Assembly (NCBI GenBank): GCA_965249575.1
Contig: OZ252244.1
Coordinates: 2,496,001 to 2,560,000, forward strand
DNA: 64,000 nucleotides
Source of the DNA: Gemmatimonadales bacterium
GTDB lineage: Bacteria > Gemmatimonadota > Gemmatimonadetes > Gemmatimonadales > GWC2-71-9
Direction: 5' to 3'
Shown in pieces: positions 60,873 to 64,000 of this stretch. Under the pieces are notes generated by a model. That model was not told the origin of the DNA. It did not search any database and saw only the letters and a program-made list of their open reading frames with translations. The stretch's first letter is position 1, and the number at the start of each line of letters is the position of its first letter. The position numbers were made by a program, and so were the translations under genes.

Positions 60873-62450
60873 TCAGCCTGACCTGAACGCTGAGCCGGAG
60901 ATAAGGAGCCCACCGGGGATCCGGTTGATGCGATCCACCCGCTCCCGACGCAACAGTTCGTACTCGACCATATCGACCAGTTCGCCCGTGCTCGCGATCT
61001 GGACGATGTTGGTGACTCGCAACGGGAACTCCTGAGCAACCGCCGGCTTGACTTCTACGACACTGACCGGAGTGGGCCGTCGGGGGCCGCCACCAAAGAT
61101 CGCACCGAAGATCCCCGCCCCAGCCGTCACAATGGCGCCAGCAAGTGGCCCGACCCCCGGAAGCGACGAGACGATCTGCGCCAGCATGTTCACGACAGCA
61201 CTTACCGTGATCTGGGTATTGCGAACGGCTGCCTCAGCCATGGAGCCCAAGGACGCGACGACGAGCGCCGCGTTGTTTTGAAAGCTCTCGGCTGCTGCCG
61301 CGAGACGTTCCTGCGTTTCCCCCTGGAGCTCTTCATTCGCGGCCTTCACGCGCTTTCCCGTAATAGTGATCTCTGGCAATCGGACGGCACCGGGCAACGT
61401 CCCGTCCGTTCCGCTCCCTCCTCCGTCGCTGCCCACCCGTGCGGCGATCTGCTTCGCGAGCTCATCGAGCTCAATTAGGGCACCCCGCGCGCTCGCTACT
61501 GCTTCATCCATGCTCGCGCGGATGAAGTCGCCCAGGAGCTTCGAGATGCCGACGACCCGAGAAAAGGCACCAAGGAGCGGTATTTTGCTGAGGAGGAGTC
61601 CGATCTGTTCGAGGACCGTGTAGAATCCGGCCGAGAAGGCGCTGGCCGCCGCGATGCCGAGGAGCAGGAACGCCCGTCGAATCTCCTTGCCGCTACCCGA
61701 GAGGATCGTCGTGAAGTTCGTGACGGCCTCGGTGAGGCTCTCAACGAACTCCTTGACGGCGCCCGATTCTTCCAGCAGCTCGCCGAGGCGCTCCTTGAAG
61801 TCGCCCCACGCGTTCGCGAGTTGACTCAATCGACCGGTCAGGGTTGTGGCCTTGGCTTGTGCAACTGCAAAGAACGTGCCGGTTTGGCCGAGGATCTGCC
61901 GGAGCTTCTCACTCTGGCTCGCGTTGACGTCGACCTGGATTCCGTATCGGGCGAGCGCATTCGTGGTGGAGCCCAGCGTCTTGCCGAGCACGAGCGCCGC
62001 GTTGTTCACGTCCCCCTTCAGGAAGGTGTCGGCGATCCCGACAATGGCGCGCTGCGCTTCAGCCAGCTGATCGGCTTGGAGTTGATCGGCGAGTGTCGCG
62101 AGCGACCCGGTGGCCGCGATCAACGCCTCGTCGCCAACGGTGGTGACCTGTTGAATGGCCGCTGCCTGCGCCTGGATGGCCCGCGACGCTTCTGCTGAGA
62201 ATCGTCCGGTCGCCTGCAAAGCAGCGTTCAGGCTGGTGACCGCTTCTTCCTGTTTCCCGAAAGCCTCGAGAACCTCCTGGGCACCGCGCACGAGACGCCT
62301 GGCGGCAAGCGCCGTGGCAAACCCCGCGAAGATACCCCGGAGGTTGAAGGCACTCCGTCCAATCGTCTTCAGTTGACGGTCGAACCCCGTGAGCGCCCCT
62401 CTCGCCCGGTCCCGTGCCGTGAGCGTAACGGAAACGCGAGCATCAGCCAT
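60873..62450 (-). CDS. Tail tape measure protein
   Basis: VTLTARDRA start, Ala-rich helical repeats, TLTGRLSQLANAWGDFKERLG. Confidence 0.85.
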   Translation of the reverse strand: MADARVSVTLTARDRARGALTGFDRQLKTIGRSAFNLRGIFAGFATALAARRLVRGAQEVLEAFGKQEEAVTSLNAALQATGRFSAEASRAIQAQAAAIQQVTTVGDEALIAATGSLATLADQLQADQLAEAQRAIVGIADTFLKGDVNNAALVLGKTLGSTTNALARYGIQVDVNASQSEKLRQILGQTGTFFAVAQAKATTLTGRLSQLANAWGDFKERLGELLEESGAVKEFVESLTEAVTNFTTILSGSGKEIRRAFLLLGIAAASAFSAGFYTVLEQIGLLLSKIPLLGAFSRVVGISKLLGDFIRASMDEAVASARGALIELDELAKQIAARVGSDGGGSGTDGTLPGAVRLPEITITGKRVKAANEELQGETQERLAAAAESFQNNAALVVASLGSMAEAAVRNTQITVSAVVNMLAQIVSSLPGVGPLAGAIVTAGAGIFGAIFGGGPRRPTPVSVVEVKPAVAQEFPLRVTNIVQIASTGELVDMVEYELLRRERVDRINRIPGGLLISGSAFRSG

Positions 62451-62453
62451 CGG

Positions 62454-62840
62454 TCACTCGTCGGGAAAGAGGAGCTTCAGTTCGTCGCGTGTATGCTGCT
62501 CCACAGCTGGATCCTTGCCGGCAAAGCTCACGGCGATTGCGTGGGCGACCGCCGTACTTTCGTTGAGTCGCTCCATCGCCTGGATGCGGGGAATTTGACA
62601 GTACAGCAACCAGAACATCTGCCATGGGATCACCCCGTCCCGGGTTGGCCAGCCGGGCCCGCGGAGCGTCTGTGGACCGTAGACGCGAAGGAAGAGCGCG
62701 ACGGCGAACGCCGTATTGACCTGTGGGGATGGTTTGGGTTTCGCATCGGTCGACCGGGGAGCTCCCGCACCAAAATTCAAGACCTCGTCGCCGGTAGCTC
62801 GGCGGCTCCCTGCTGGCCCAGCAGGGACTGAAAAAAACTT
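62454..62840 (-). CDS. Tail assembly chaperone, -1 frameshift extension (gpT-like)
   Basis: Open -1 frame entered at TTTTTTT (62831-62837), ends just before tape measure ATG. Confidence 0.7.
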   Translation of the reverse strand, partial: KFFSVPAGPAGSRRATGDEVLNFGAGAPRSTDAKPKPSPQVNTAFAVALFLRVYGPQTLRGPGWPTRDGVIPWQMFWLLYCQIPRIQAMERLNESTAVAHAIAVSFAGKDPAVEQHTRDELKLLFPDE

Positions 62841-63094
62841 GCGGTCGCCGCCAGCATGGCCGGTGCGGGGAGTGTAAGCACTTTGTCCTTCGGAAGGTCG
62901 AGCGCCTCGCACAACTCACCGGTGAGATCTCGAAACTCCTTGAGCGAGAGATCGTCCGCCTGGATCTGCGCGAAGCGGTCCTGAAACGGCTGCAGCTCGT
63001 CGAAGCTCAGCAGTTTCCCCGTATACGTCTCGCCACCGATGGTGATCGACGGCGGCGTCAGGGCACTAAGATACTCGTCGGCGTTGAAGCCCAT
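62777..63094 (-). CDS. Tail assembly chaperone (gpG-like)
   Basis: 105 aa between tail tube and tape measure; AGGAG RBS. Confidence 0.75.
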   Translation of the reverse strand: MGFNADEYLSALTPPSITIGGETYTGKLLSFDELQPFQDRFAQIQADDLSLKEFRDLTGELCEALDLPKDKVLTLPAPAMLAATASFFQSLLGQQGAAELPATRS

Positions 63095-63112
63095 GTGGTT
63101 CTCCTGAATAAC

Positions 63113-64000
63113 TCAATCGTAGGTCACCAGCGACCGGTTGGTTCCCTCGGGGCTGCAGAGGCCCGAGAGCGAGACATGCATGACGCCGTTCACGTCCTGG
63201 TACGCGGGTGCGTCGAGGATCGTCGCTTTGTCTGCGTCGATCTGCAGCCGGTTGTATTGCGTGCCGGTCCCGCCGGGGCAGTTGATCCGCAGGGCCTCGG
63301 CGGTCGCCCCGGTCCATTTCGTGAACTGGTTGTAGTCCGTGATCCGCATGCCCTCGAACGTGGCCCCGAACGTCACGCGCCGGGCCGTCTGGATGTACCC
63401 AGCCAGCCCGTCCGCGGCGTTGCCCGAGAGCCGGGGGGCAAGGGTGTTCTCGATCGCGACCGTCGCGTCCCGGACGACCGCGGTGGTGAACGCGCCAATT
63501 TGCCAGCCGGTCGCGGCCCCGAAGTTCGGCGCCACCGTGGTCTGATAGCTGGGCGCGTTGTCGGGCGCGTCGTCCGTCGGCTCCACGTACTTGCCGCGAA
63601 TCGTGAACTCGTAGATACCAGGCGACCCCGCCGGGAACCGCCAGGCGACCCGCGACGCGCGGCCCGCGAGCAGATCGTGCCGCACCCACACGCCGGTCTC
63701 GAGTGCCTGATAGCCGTAGCACGTCACGGTCTTCATCGAGGCGCTGATCGTGTCGTACGTGTAGTCCTCCGCCCCGCCGGTCGCGTCGAGTGTCGAGCGC
63801 ATGCCGGCGGCTTGGTTGATGGCGTCCGGCTCGGGCTTCGTACCCGCGTCATACGCGGCACCCGCTCCGCGGATGTGCAGCTGGCCCGTGATCTCGCACC
63901 ACTTCGCCCCCGGCTGCACCGGTGCCGCCTCGTCGAGCAGATCGTTCACGAGGCCCGGCCGCGCGTTGCTCTGCTCGGCGCCAAACGCGATCGTGGCGGG
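63113..64000 (-). CDS. Major tail tube protein, 5' end outside window
   Basis: Frame open to window edge; position upstream of chaperone and tape measure genes. Confidence 0.7.
   Translation of the reverse strand, partial: PATIAFGAEQSNARPGLVNDLLDEAAPVQPGAKWCEITGQLHIRGAGAAYDAGTKPEPDAINQAAGMRSTLDATGGAEDYTYDTISASMKTVTCYGYQALETGVWVRHDLLAGRASRVAWRFPAGSPGIYEFTIRGKYVEPTDDAPDNAPSYQTTVAPNFGAATGWQIGAFTTAVVRDATVAIENTLAPRLSGNAADGLAGYIQTARRVTFGATFEGMRITDYNQFTKWTGATAEALRINCPGGTGTQYNRLQIDADKATILDAPAYQDVNGVMHVSLSGLCSPEGTNRSLVTYD

Larger units (their letters stand above)
37597..64000. mobile_element. Siphovirus-type prophage, left part; continues beyond window
   Basis: Begins after tRNA; integrase, xis, replication, cro/cI, cargo, lysis and tail modules in lambdoid order. 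Confidence 0.93.

Overview
GC-rich bacterial DNA, probably Gemmatimonadota (inferred from a Gemmatimonadota-style pilin domain and gene content; not verified). Bases 1-37.5 kb are host chromosome. They carry a HerA-sbcD-sbcC-GNAT DNA-repair operon, a glutamate-cysteine-ligase/CBS plus aspartoacylase pair, a probable 6S RNA (10568-10728), folE, an acyl-CoA ligase, ligA (probably starting at CTG), arsC, a GroES paralogue, nfeD-floA, an eroded HDOD/hybrid-kinase locus and several frameshifted genes. A tRNA-Lys(CTT) at 37524-37596 marks the left end of a siphovirus-type prophage that runs off the right edge. The prophage has an integrase with an atypical box-I motif, xis, a PrimPol-DnaB fusion, an initiator with iterons, SSB, cro/cI, an ImmA-like gene with HGxxH, lysis genes and tail genes with a -1 frameshift chaperone. 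The most unusual part is the cargo region at about 46.1-53.85 kb between the immunity and lysis modules. It is a stack of moron-like cassettes joined through repeated scars: an 80-bp HTH-end/promoter repeat, a 29-bp repeat duplicating a start-codon region, remnants of a holin and of a methyltransferase, antitoxins whose toxins were lost, a chimeric pilin and a Pycsar-effector-like membrane protein. All calls come from reading motifs by eye, with no database searches. Several frameshifts may be sequencing errors.
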